From Desulfovibrio sp. (GTDB lineage Bacteria > Desulfobacterota > Desulfovibrionia > Desulfovibrionales > Desulfovibrionaceae): 64,000 nucleotides of DNA. The notes beneath the pieces are model-generated. The model did not search any database, had not been told where the DNA came from, and saw only the letters and a list, made by a program, of their open reading frames with translations. Position numbers and translations under genes: made by a program. Location of the stretch: NCBI GenBank assembly GCA_017450275.1, contig JAFSVD010000033.1, positions 7,918 through 71,917 on the forward strand, read 5' to 3'. Within the stretch, counting starts at the first letter, position 1. Each line of letters starts with the position of its first letter. Below, in pieces: positions 9,906 to 19,613 of the stretch.

Positions 9906-10378
9906 CCCTTCCAATATTGTATGCCAGATCCGCCTAAGACCTCTTGGAAGAGCGGCATGGGAAGAGAGTGAACCGTACAAGCATGGTTCGGCAAAGTCAG
10001 GGGAGGTAGAGCGAGAGCTGGGATTCAACAATCATTTCGAAAACGAAGCCAAAAGGCAGGGGAGTTGCTTGCTCTCGTTTTGTGGGGTTGAGCGAGGATT
10101 CTTTGAACCAGGGCATTTTCTCGTACGCTTTGTTTCTTGCGTGCTTCACTTCAGTGTAATTGCCAAGTACCAAAGAGGGCTGCCATTCAAGCTATACGGG
10201 GTTTTTGGGGGTGTTTTTATCTGAACTCAGTAAGAGACTTTTAAGAATACCTTGGACTGGCGACTGGTTCAATAAACATCTCGAATGCCAATATACCTCG
10301 TATTGAAACGCTTATTGTTGGCCGTGGAATATCGATTGTTTAGAGTCTGAAGATTGTTTTTATAGCCTATATATACAA

Positions 10379-10394
10379 TGTTTCACGTGAAACA
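10379..10394. promoter_or_regulatory. parS site
   Basis: TGTTTCACGTGAAACA. Confidence 0.92.
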
Positions 10395-10468
10395 CTAAAT
10401 TGCAGGATGGCTGTCAGCCAGAAAGAGATAAGGTTAATCTACTTGGCGGTGACATATTGGAGGTTAAA

Positions 10469-11000
10469 ATGCGTTACTCCGAAACTCTGAGAGAACTAGC
10501 TTTGAGGCGAGTTTTGCCGCTAAAATCCGAAGTAACTCGTGATCTCGGGGTGACTCCGCAAACCATAGCTGTATAGAAGAGACGTGCCATTGCCGATGGA
10601 GTTTTATGCAGACTGCCAATTGAAGCTCACACGATAAATTTGTGGTCATGTTTGAAACGAATGGCATGACCGAGACCGAGTGATAGCTTGGTGAATACGT
10701 TCGATCAAAAGTTTTTTTGTTGCGCAAATAGCCAAATGGCGTGATGCCTGTAGTAATGCCAATGATGGCGTTGCCCATGCAAATGCGCAGTTGTTTGTGA
10801 GAATCAGTCTCTTGAAGCGCAACTCAGAGAGGCTAAAAAAGAAATCGATATCAAGAATCGTGCTTTGGCCGATGAGAAAGAAAGCTGCGGCGATCTGGGG
10901 GAAAGCTGAGGCCGAATGATCAGTGCCTCAGATCGCCATGCCGCAGTTGAGCTGATCAACGAGGCCGTTACCTCTGGCCTTCCCTTGCCCAATGCTTGTA
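10469..11000 (+). pseudogene. IS3-family OrfA and OrfB start, heavily degraded
   Basis: GGAGG-ATG MRYSETLRELALRRVLP; DLGVTPQTI; DKFVVMFET; QIAKWRDAC; AIWGES; MISASDRHAAVELINEAV. Confidence 0.75.
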
Positions 11001-11145
11001 ATTATTATTACGCTTCTTCTACAATATCACGCCACTCAGGTGGTTTGGTATTTTTGCTCGTAATCAGCCTCAGTTTAGGAGAACCGTAATATGACAGGTA
11101 GCAGCGAAAGCAGAAAGTGGGCGATATTGGCGATTCAAGGCCTAA

Positions 11146-11520
11146 TGTGTTCGCTCGCTTGAAAGGAGAGCATTTTTGACTGAAATGCTCCTTTGAAAAG
11201 AAACCAGGCAAAAAGACGATGGACATGAATAAACAGAATAATCGATAGAGACACCGTAAGACTCCTCAGAATGCGCCTCATCAACTCGTAGATCGATGTA
11301 AGGGGCGATAAGGTATATACACTACCATATCTGCATTCTGAGTCTTTCTGAAGCGATGCGCTCCCTTGAGCGAATAGTGCGCCAGCGCATCGAAAACTCG
11401 CACTGTCACATGTCTTCACATCAAGTCCGCTTAGGGATCCAAAACAGAAAGGCAACACTCTCCGATCCTCTCGAGGGAGGTGAAGCAAGCAGGGAGGGAG
11501 ATTAAAGGCAAAAGCATCAA
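11146..11520. mobile_element. second, partial copy of the TGTGTTCGCTC element
   Basis: starts TGTGTTCGCTCGCTTGAAAG; 11359-11517 similar to 8823-8975. Confidence 0.6.
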
Positions 11521-11643
11521 ACAATTACCACAAAATTGAGCTTACGTCACACAATGAGGAAGAGCTTAAGATACGATATAGGAATAGAGCCAGATGAATT
11601 GCAATATTCTCAGGGTTTTCTTGAAGAAAAGATACACTCTTTG

Positions 11644-11659
11644 TGTTTCACGTGAAACA
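11644..11659. promoter_or_regulatory. parS site
   Basis: TGTTTCACGTGAAACA. Confidence 0.92.
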
Positions 11660-12461
11660 TTTTCTACACTTTCCCGTTGTACTACACATCATCTCATGAA
11701 CAACTGATTTTCAACAAATTTTTTGACTCTGACGTGTGGCTTGTGCGATCTGCTCAGAGTAACAAGAAGAAACATCTATTTACAAGGCAATACAAGGTTT
11801 TTGCATCATTTATAAGAGACTTCCGTGGCTGCTTTTGTTTTGGACAAAACCAAAAATCAGATTATACAGTGGAGCAAAAAAGGTGACTTGCATCGTAAAA
11901 GAGAACGTGTTCATACATTGATCCATACACAATCGACATAATCGCTGTTAGCTAAAAATTTTACGCTTGACAGTTCCCAGAGGAACAATGATTCTGAAAA
12001 AAAACAAACAGAGGACATCATTGCGCAATGCGATAGGAATAGAAGAGTGGCTTAATGTTTCTTCTTTTAATGCTTATGCTACATCTTCTTTGCTAGGTAA
12101 AAGACTTTCCGAGTATCTATTTCCATCTCACAGGTTGATTTTCTTTGAATCAACCAGAATCTTACAGCCTCTACGGCTTGCACATTCAAGGGGGAGGGAA
12201 ATCAACCTCTTGAAAAGTCCTTCTTCCATCTCCGTACAAAATCTCTGTCTTATTTACCGCAGCGTAACTGAGCCTTTTTGGAAGTTTTTTTCCTTTTTGC
12301 GATTTTCCCTTTCTTTGAGGGTGAATCTTCTAAAGCACTGTTTAGGATAAAAGCCTCTTGGTTTTATCTTCTTCATAAACCCATTGAATTTGCTGAAGTA
12401 CCCACCAATATTGTCATTCAGCAAATTAATTCGTAAAAACAAAGGAAAGAGAGAGAAAAAT

Positions 12462-13265
12462 ATGCTAACCCATTGGAAACAGTTACTCCTTCTTGTAGCA
12501 CTTGTAACGATGTTCTGCATTCCAACAGATCTCTATGCAGACTCAGTATCTCAAAGAGATGAACTAAAAAAGTTCATTCTTAAAACCATACAAGATCACC
12601 CTCAGGTTATCCTTGATATTTTGCGGAATAATAGTGAAACCGTTCTCGATGTAGCTCAAGAGGGTAGTAATCAACGAAGAATTCATGCCTTAAAAAAACA
12701 ATGGAAAAAAGATCTTACTGAGGAGAAAACTATTCGGACAAACGATAGACCCATTCTTGGTAGAGTAGATGCTAAAGTTCGTATCGTAGCTTTTTCTGAT
12801 TTTACATGCCATTATTGTCAGGCTTCAAAAAAAGTCATTGATTCCATTCTGGCTGAATATAAAGACAAAGTTGCATTCATCTTTAAGAGCATCCCCTTTG
12901 AGGAAAAAGGCCCTTCAGCTTCAGCTGCTCTTTGGTTTTTAGCAATAGCTCAACAAGATGAAGATAAAGCTTGGGATTTTTATAATACCATGTTTTCTGA
13001 AAGAGAAAAGCTGCAAACTGAAGGAGATAAATTCTTCAGGAAAACCGCCAAAGATATGAACCTCGACATGAAAAAACTTGAGTACGATGTGAGATCAAAC
13101 AAAAAACTTAAAAACCTGCTTAAAGAAGACATCGACGATGCGAATAAATTGAATGTTGAAGGCACACCGTGCTTTTTTGTAAACAATATAGTTGTCAGGG
13201 GTGCACAACCTCTTGAATTTTTTAGGATTGCTGTAAACATGGCTCTTAATGAGGCTGAAAAATAA
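12462..13265 (+). CDS. DsbA/Com1-family thiol-disulfide oxidoreductase, secreted
   Basis: signal peptide, FSDFTCHYC, VEGTP cis-Pro loop. Confidence 0.9.
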   Translation: MLTHWKQLLLLVALVTMFCIPTDLYADSVSQRDELKKFILKTIQDHPQVILDILRNNSETVLDVAQEGSNQRRIHALKKQWKKDLTEEKTIRTNDRPILGRVDAKVRIVAFSDFTCHYCQASKKVIDSILAEYKDKVAFIFKSIPFEEKGPSASAALWFLAIAQQDEDKAWDFYNTMFSEREKLQTEGDKFFRKTAKDMNLDMKKLEYDVRSNKKLKNLLKEDIDDANKLNVEGTPCFFVNNIVVRGAQPLEFFRIAVNMALNEAEK

Positions 13266-13281
13266 TATATCAGCAATGAGC

Positions 13282-13322
13282 AAAAAAAAGCCTAAGCATT
13301 TTTATGCTTAGGCTTTTTTTTG
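13282..13322. terminator. bidirectional intrinsic terminator
   Basis: A-run GCCTAAGCA..TGCTTAGGC T-run between convergent genes. Confidence 0.85.
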
Positions 13323-13462
13323 CGCTATATCGCAGATGTTTTCAAAGATTAGGAAAGCATAGAGCTACATGAAGAAAAAAGCCCATGTCAATCACCCCGG
13401 CTCTCCTTGTTTCGGGGCGCGGCTTCAAGCGAATTGCTCTTTGTGAACAGTTCAACGCTTTC

Positions 13463-14059
13463 TCAGGCACGCTGAGGGCTGATTTTTCTTGCAAAATGAT
13501 GCAACCAGGTTCTGATCTGATCGATATCCGCCTGTTGCATTTTCTCGGATGAGTCGAGCAATATTGCAAGACGGGATACTTCCTTTTGGAGATCCAAAAG
13601 GCTGCTGCTTTGCGTATGTGGCAATTGCGGTGTTGAGCAAAAATGGGTGGCTAGCATGCCAAGCATTTTGGCAATTCCCTCCAATGCCACTGTCTGACGT
13701 TCCAGAAAAGTGAGTGCCGCAGGTGGAAAGGGTTGAAATTGCTGAGAGTCCGCGTGCGAGCTTGGCACCTCTCGAGTTGGAAGCACCTCAGTTGCCTCAT
13801 GAACAGCAAGCTGCGTTGATGGAAAACGCTCTCCCAACGCTTTTTCTACGGCTGCAGCGGTTTTTGCCTGCTTCATCTCTTCTAAAATTGCAGCAATAAC
13901 ATCCAGTGCTGACCTGCGGTAACGACGACGTCTCCCATCGCCCACGCAATCAATAAACTTGCCAAACCGTTTGCAGTAGTATCGGCAGGTGGATTCAGGG
14001 AGATGAAAATGCTGGGCAATTTCAACAATCGTAAAGAGTCGATCAACTTCTTGATCCAT
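13463..14059 (-). CDS. MerR-type HTH protein
   Basis: FTIVEIAQHFHLPESTCRYYCKRF..GDGRRRRY; C-terminal coiled coil. Confidence 0.8.
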   Translation of the reverse strand: MDQEVDRLFTIVEIAQHFHLPESTCRYYCKRFGKFIDCVGDGRRRRYRRSALDVIAAILEEMKQAKTAAAVEKALGERFPSTQLAVHEATEVLPTREVPSSHADSQQFQPFPPAALTFLERQTVALEGIAKMLGMLATHFCSTPQLPHTQSSSLLDLQKEVSRLAILLDSSEKMQQADIDQIRTWLHHFARKISPQRA

Positions 14060-14283
14060 ACACAAATCCTTGTCCGTCGCCGTCTTGGCTTTGCCTAAAC
14101 GGCAATTAGGAGGATTGCACAATAATCGGCATTGTAGGTAAAGCTCAATTGTACTCTATCTTGTCCTTTTGTACAATAGCATATCTGAAATAAAAAAACG
14201 AAAAAATACTCTAGGAAAAGCCATGCAACAATCAAGAATTTCTAAAGAGTCTAGAAAATTTTGTTATGCGGTCACAAAAGTTG

Positions 14284-14787
14284 TCAATTTCTCACAATAC
14301 GTCGGACTGCAATGAGCTTATCCTTCCAGTAGCCATTGTCCAAGCGATCGATTTTAATGCTTTTCCCCTTGCTGGGACTGTGGATAAAACGGTTTCTTCC
14401 TGTGCAGATTCCCGTATGCAGGCCACGGGGGCTGTTCTGCACTCGAAAGACAAGCAAGTCACCTTTCTTTGCCTTTTTTCTCGAGACTGCGTTGCCGGCT
14501 TTCGCCTGATCGGCGCTAATTCGCGGGATTTTATAGCCATTTTCCCTGTACACCCAATAGGTAAAGCCGGAGCAGTCAAAACCCTTTTTCGGCGAAGAAC
14601 CTCCGGCACGATATTTTTTGCCGATCTGGCTGTATGCAGTCTTCAGAACCCCATCAACCCCACCTCGTTCTGGGTTCTGGTCGCTGGATTGAAAAAATCC
14701 ACACGCTGTCATGGAAAGTACGAGCAATACTCCACAACAAAGCCGTTGAAAAAACAGGATTTTCTCTACGAAAGAAGCGTGTCTCAT
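14284..14787 (-). CDS. NlpC/P60 family lipoprotein endopeptidase
   Basis: lipobox-like MTAC; GFDCSGF, GDLLVF, HTGI, FIHS. Confidence 0.92.
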   Translation of the reverse strand: MRHASFVEKILFFQRLCCGVLLVLSMTACGFFQSSDQNPERGGVDGVLKTAYSQIGKKYRAGGSSPKKGFDCSGFTYWVYRENGYKIPRISADQAKAGNAVSRKKAKKGDLLVFRVQNSPRGLHTGICTGRNRFIHSPSKGKSIKIDRLDNGYWKDKLIAVRRIVRN

Positions 14788-15304
14788 TGTAGACTCCTAG
14801 AAAAAGAATGCAGGAATCAATATACTGTTTTTCTTGAGATACGCAACTGTCTAGATTTATTTTACTCGCTATCTAAATAAAATTGCAAGAGTTCTCTAAA
14901 ATTACGCTAAAACAAGCACGATCTGCAAAAAAGAGCATCCTATCGACAAAAGCCCCTTACAACTCTTGCAACGTCCGTCAAAAAAGGCTATAGAAAGAAA
15001 ATTCAACCTGTAGAAACATCTTTACTTGCCCTTTTCAAACTGTCTTGACAATGCCAGCGATCGGCAGTTTGTCATTGCCTTGCAAAGATTCTCGGTATTG
15101 TGCTTTCCTGCAATACCCTCTCTATCTGCGTAATATTGACCGCAGACTGTCAAGAAGGAATATCGTTGCCTTCATGACGGTGTCCTGTCCATGTTGTTTT
15201 CTTTCTGCCAACTCAACTAAGGATTTTGTGTACCGTACAACGGTCACGGAGAACGAGGGCGGCTTTCCTCCCCGATGGTCTCGGGGTTTCCAGCCGTGAA
15301 CATT

Positions 15305-15541
15305 ATGAAGACGACAGTAAAGGGTATGGTCGTATCTGTTCCCACTGATGCCAAACAAAGTCGAATCGCTATACAGCAAGGTGAGAAGGAATACCGAATT
15401 ATTCCGAAAGCCGCAGGCATTGATCTGGAAGATGAAATCAATGTCTCTGTCGAGGCAACAGGCGAGCTCATTGTTGACGATGACGTTCAGTATCTTGTTG
15501 TCCGCAAATATACCGTACTCGAGGATGATGCCTGGGAATAA
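15305..15541 (+). CDS. small acidic hypothetical protein (possible OB-like fold)
   Basis: beta-rich natural composition, followed by a terminator; start uncertain. Confidence 0.7.
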   Translation: MKTTVKGMVVSVPTDAKQSRIAIQQGEKEYRIIPKAAGIDLEDEINVSVEATGELIVDDDVQYLVVRKYTVLEDDAWE

Positions 15542-15600
15542 AATCCACGCCTCTATCCTCACAATGCCCAGCAGGGCAGAAGATCTTTGTGTTCATTCCA

Positions 15601-15641
15601 AAGAAAAAAGGCGCAGTGTGTTTCACTGCGCCTTTTTTCTT
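15601..15641. terminator. bidirectional intrinsic terminator
   Basis: AAGAAAAAAGGCGCAGTG..CACTGCGCCTTTTTTCTT. Confidence 0.85.
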
Positions 15642-15707
15642 TGATTTCGTGTCGCGTTTCAATCACATCCTCGAAAATGAAGCGGCGAGCTACGTGCATT
15701 GCAATGG

Positions 15708-18700
15708 CTAGATGAGTGAGCCATCCTTGTAGACCGCAACGGTTTTTTCTCGAAGCTGTGTCTTGGCAAAGAAATGGTCAATGGCCGGCAAAAACGAGGA
15801 TGGGGGAAAATGGTACATTTTCCCAAAAATATATCGACTTTTGGCATAACTGACAAAAAGGCAATCGCTCGCCCGCGTTATCCCAACATAACAGAGTCTG
15901 CGCTCTTCTTCGAGAACACGATCTGCTTCTTTGGCATCGTTGTTGTGCATGCCAAACAATGCCTGGGTCGCCGATGTTGTCGGGAGAATGCCTTCTTCAA
16001 AGGCAGGAAGAAAGACACAGGGAAATTCAAGGCCTTTTGCGGCGTGGAGGGTGAGCAAACGCACCCCTTCGCTTTGCCCAAGCAGTGCCACCTCTTTTTT
16101 TCGCAGAGCCAATTCGTCAAAAAATGTATCCCAGCTCCCCACAGTCTGCCAAAATTGCGCACAGGCTCTGTAGGCGGGATTTGTTCCTATCCCATAGCCC
16201 AATGCTGGCTGCGATTCCAGCCAGGGAATAAGTGCCAAGGGATCTGGCAAGGTTTCCTTGGTATAGGGAGTCGTATTGTCCTCTGTTTGCAAAACATGCC
16301 AGATTTGATCCAAGACCATGGCCACTTGCGTATCATTCCAAAAAGCCTCTTCCTCTTCACTCACGCAGGGAATACCCGCGCCACGCAGGGCTTGGGCTAT
16401 GGGTCGCAGCACAAAGCGGTATCTGGCGAGTACCGCAATGTCGTTGGGGGAAAACGCGCCGGCAAAAGAACTTGTCTTTGGCTGACAATCCAAAAAGGTG
16501 TGGGATGTGGCACCCAAGAGCATGGCAATAGTTGAGCAAAGAAAGCGTGTTTCGCTTTTCTGATGCGGGGTTTCAATCAGCTTAAGCTCAGCAGGAGCTT
16601 TTCGCACAGGGTGAAGGGAGCCTGTAGCAGGGCTTCCCAAAAGACCTTGGGCTGTTTCAACGATCAAGGGCGCTGAGCGAAACGTGTGTTGTAAGCGATG
16701 CATCGTCAAATTTGGCCAAAAGCGTTTCAAAGAACCAACAATATCGCTCACGGAGCCTCGAAAACCATAAATCGCCTGATCGGGATCCCCAATGGCGAAA
16801 AAACCCGCTCCATCGGGGGTTATAGCGTGTAAAAAATCGAGATTGGCCGGGGAACAATCCTGTATTTCATCAACCAAGAGCGCATCAAACGGTCGTATTC
16901 CTTGAGCGTGCATCAAATCCAATTGTGCTTGAGCAAGAGACAAGAGTTCTCCAAAATCAACAGCATGCCCCGAAAACACGCGCTCTTTTTCCTGCAAATA
17001 GGTGGTATAGTACGAAAAACACGCTGATTGTTCGAGTGTTTTTTGCTCCCGCAAGCGCGAGCATTGCTGCCACAGGTTTTTTGCCTCATGGCTTTTGAGG
17101 TTATTCGCCGTCGTAAAAAGACGAAGGCTCACATCTTCAGGAAGAAGAATCGCTGATGGATTGCTCGCACGCACAAGCTCCCAGGCCAGGCCGTGCATTG
17201 TGGTGACGACTGGTTGCTCACCCACAGTACGCTGTGCAAGACGATTGCGCATCTCCATAGCCGCTTGCCGCGTAAAGGTGATGGCACAGATCCGTTTGGC
17301 TGGAAGGTCTTCTCGCAAATGGGCAATGCGCCCCATCAGCAAATGGGTTTTCCCCGATCCTGGACCAGCTAGAACAAGGGTGGGGGTGCACGCCTCGTGC
17401 ATGGCTTGCATTTGTTCGTCGGAATACGACGGTGTTTGCGAGTTCGTTTGGCGTGGACGTTGATTGTCGGCAAGATCTTTAAAAAGAGAGAGATCTTTCA
17501 AGCTGGCCTTGGACGTATTGGCAAGAGAGGCTTGGGATTGTTTGCGCTGGCTGCTTCGTTTTCTGTGCTTTTTTTGCGAGGCTTCTAATTCGTGCGGCTC
17601 AAAAAGATGCACCGTACCAAAGGCACCGTCATAGCCCCCTTCGAGCAAAACCTGGCCTTCACGCAAACGTCGGCACGCCTCACCTAAAAGATCCCAATAG
17701 GCTGTTATGGTATCAAGGGGGATTGAACACAAAACATCGAGTTCTGAGCCCAATTTTGAAAGGATGCGACCGTATTCCTGCAAAACAGCATTGGAACCAA
17801 CCCCATACCCCAAAAGTTCTGCCGTCATCTCAAGCAAAGGCATGATCGAGCGAAAAACGGGTTCTTCGGGCAATTGAGCAGGCTCCGATCTATCGGCAAG
17901 ATCCATAACCCGATGGAGAACGCCGATGGTCACGGGTTTATGGCAGACAGGGCACAAAAAATTGTTGGAGCGGGTCTCCAAGGGATTGAAGGAGACATTG
18001 CAATTTCTGTGGCCATCCAAGTGGTATTTTCCCTCTTCAGGGAAAAACTCTATGGTTCCCAAAAAACGACAAGGAAGTTTTTCTTGATCGGCACTGCGCT
18101 TTGCACTCGCTGCAATCGCTTGAAATATCCCCGAATAACTGGGCGTCCCCTCAAAAACATTGGCTTCTCGACCCAATTTGTTGGGCGAATGCGCGTCAGA
18201 ATTGGAAACAAGGGCAAAACCATCGAGCGCACTGATATAGCGGTTCATCGGCGGATCCGAGGACAAACCCGTTTCCAGCGCAAAGATATGGGGGGTTAAG
18301 TCCTCAAAACATTCTGTAATCGAATCAAAGCCCGATTGCGAGCCAAAGAGCGAAAACCAGGGTGTCCAGATATGGGCAGGAATACAAATACCTTCTGGCA
18401 CCGTCTCAAGCAGTATCTCCAACAGATCCTTGGCATCCAGCCCCAGAATGGGGCGGCCATCGGAGGCAAGATTGCCCACCTTTTCCAATCGTTTTGAAAA
18501 ACGTTCAGCATCCTCAAGGGTTGGCACATAGATGAGGTTGTGGATTTTTCGAACACGACCGTTTTTTTTGTAGATCGAACTGATTTCGCACTGCAGACAA
18601 AAGAAGGTTTTTTTTGCATGCATGGCGGCGGCGTTTTCACTGACAAAGGGTAGGGTGGTAGGGGGCGTTTTCAGGGTATAGAGGCCACTCTCAGGATCTT

Positions 18701-18869
18701 GGACAAGCTGTTCACGCAATTCCTGCCGCCATTGGGGATGGGTGAAATCCCCACAGCCCACAACATCGAGGCCCTTCAATCGAGCCCAGGCATCGAGGCT
18801 TTGGGGGGTTAAATCTTTGCTCGTTGCCCGAGAAAAACGCGAATGGATATGAAGATCAGCGAGAAACAT
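15708..18869 (-). CDS. PHP-type (TIGR00375/EndoQ-like) nuclease fused to UvrD/Rep helicase
   Basis: ADLHIHSRFS, AHIWTPWFS, SNSDAHS, EGKYH; LAGPGSGKT, LVDEIQD, IGDPDQAIYGFRG, TLHAAKGLEF, EERRLCYVGITRA. Confidence 0.92.
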   Translation of the reverse strand: MFLADLHIHSRFSRATSKDLTPQSLDAWARLKGLDVVGCGDFTHPQWRQELREQLVQDPESGLYTLKTPPTTLPFVSENAAAMHAKKTFFCLQCEISSIYKKNGRVRKIHNLIYVPTLEDAERFSKRLEKVGNLASDGRPILGLDAKDLLEILLETVPEGICIPAHIWTPWFSLFGSQSGFDSITECFEDLTPHIFALETGLSSDPPMNRYISALDGFALVSNSDAHSPNKLGREANVFEGTPSYSGIFQAIAASAKRSADQEKLPCRFLGTIEFFPEEGKYHLDGHRNCNVSFNPLETRSNNFLCPVCHKPVTIGVLHRVMDLADRSEPAQLPEEPVFRSIMPLLEMTAELLGYGVGSNAVLQEYGRILSKLGSELDVLCSIPLDTITAYWDLLGEACRRLREGQVLLEGGYDGAFGTVHLFEPHELEASQKKHRKRSSQRKQSQASLANTSKASLKDLSLFKDLADNQRPRQTNSQTPSYSDEQMQAMHEACTPTLVLAGPGSGKTHLLMGRIAHLREDLPAKRICAITFTRQAAMEMRNRLAQRTVGEQPVVTTMHGLAWELVRASNPSAILLPEDVSLRLFTTANNLKSHEAKNLWQQCSRLREQKTLEQSACFSYYTTYLQEKERVFSGHAVDFGELLSLAQAQLDLMHAQGIRPFDALLVDEIQDCSPANLDFLHAITPDGAGFFAIGDPDQAIYGFRGSVSDIVGSLKRFWPNLTMHRLQHTFRSAPLIVETAQGLLGSPATGSLHPVRKAPAELKLIETPHQKSETRFLCSTIAMLLGATSHTFLDCQPKTSSFAGAFSPNDIAVLARYRFVLRPIAQALRGAGIPCVSEEEEAFWNDTQVAMVLDQIWHVLQTEDNTTPYTKETLPDPLALIPWLESQPALGYGIGTNPAYRACAQFWQTVGSWDTFFDELALRKKEVALLGQSEGVRLLTLHAAKGLEFPCVFLPAFEEGILPTTSATQALFGMHNNDAKEADRVLEEERRLCYVGITRASDCLFVSYAKSRYIFGKMYHFPPSSFLPAIDHFFAKTQLREKTVAVYKDGSLI

Positions 18870-18878
18870 GGCGTATCC

Positions 18879-19607
18879 TTAAAGCCAGGGACAATAGCTT
18901 CGTGCCGCATCAGTTATGCCGCCATCTGCCGTATGCACAACCAAGGGAGCATGGAGGACACTATCGTTGGCAGCATTTTTCTGGGCAACAAGGATGATGC
19001 GCTTGGCAGGGGTATTGGGATGGGAAGCAATGGGAAGCAGATGGCGCACACCAAGACCAAAGGCCGAACAGGCAGCCAACCATTGGCAAAGCTTGTTTGC
19101 CACCATGATGCACACAAAATAGCCCTTATGACGGAGCAAACGCGAGGCAGCTTGGATAAAAACCTGGTGCGTTCCACAGGCACGCATTGCCCGATTTCGC
19201 ATCGCGTCAAGAGAGGGTCTGCCCTCATTGGGCGCATAGAAGGGGGGATTGGCAGCAACACAATCCCACGTTCCCAGGGAAAAGGGGAGAGGGACTGTGT
19301 CGATAGCCGAGAGATCAAAACAGCGAAAGGTTAAACGATCCTGCAAGCCCAAGGTTTGGCAATTTGAGTGGCTTGCCGCAACCAGCGTGGGATCTTGTTC
19401 GATCCCAAGCCCTATAGCATGGGGACGCAAAAGAGCGAGGCCAAACAGCGTACTCCCACAGCCAGACCCCAGATCCACAAAATGGGTAAGCTTATGAGGT
19501 AGTTCATGGTGGCAGGCACAAGCGAGCATAAGCGAATCCATGCCAAAATGCAGGGATGCATGGGGTTGCAAAAGCCCTCGGGGAAAAAGAGTGCGGGCAT
19601 CGTCCAC
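18879..19607 (-). CDS. tRNA1(Val) A37 N6-methyltransferase-like (TrmN6/YfiC family)
   Basis: FGMDSLML, VDLGSGCG, ANPPFY. Confidence 0.82.
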   Translation of the reverse strand: MDDARTLFPRGLLQPHASLHFGMDSLMLACACHHELPHKLTHFVDLGSGCGSTLFGLALLRPHAIGLGIEQDPTLVAASHSNCQTLGLQDRLTFRCFDLSAIDTVPLPFSLGTWDCVAANPPFYAPNEGRPSLDAMRNRAMRACGTHQVFIQAASRLLRHKGYFVCIMVANKLCQWLAACSAFGLGVRHLLPIASHPNTPAKRIILVAQKNAANDSVLHAPLVVHTADGGITDAARSYCPWL

Positions 19608-19613
19608 AGCAGA

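Larger units (their letters stand above)
7718..10278. mobile_element. degenerate composite element bounded by GTTTATTGAACC inverted repeats
   Basis: GTTTATTGAACC 7718-7729 and GGTTCAATAAAC 10266-10277; duplicated internal modules 7832-7990~9903-10062 and 9174-9340~10082-10251. Confidence 0.6.

Noticed and set aside
11972-11988. AGTTCCCAGAGGAACA as degenerate parS
   Set aside because: Too many mismatches relative to the five clear sites.
11520-12460. AT-rich gap as oriC
   Set aside because: No cluster of TTATCCACA boxes seen and no dnaA in the window; isolated matches near 7631 and 14379 lie in coding-derived sequence.
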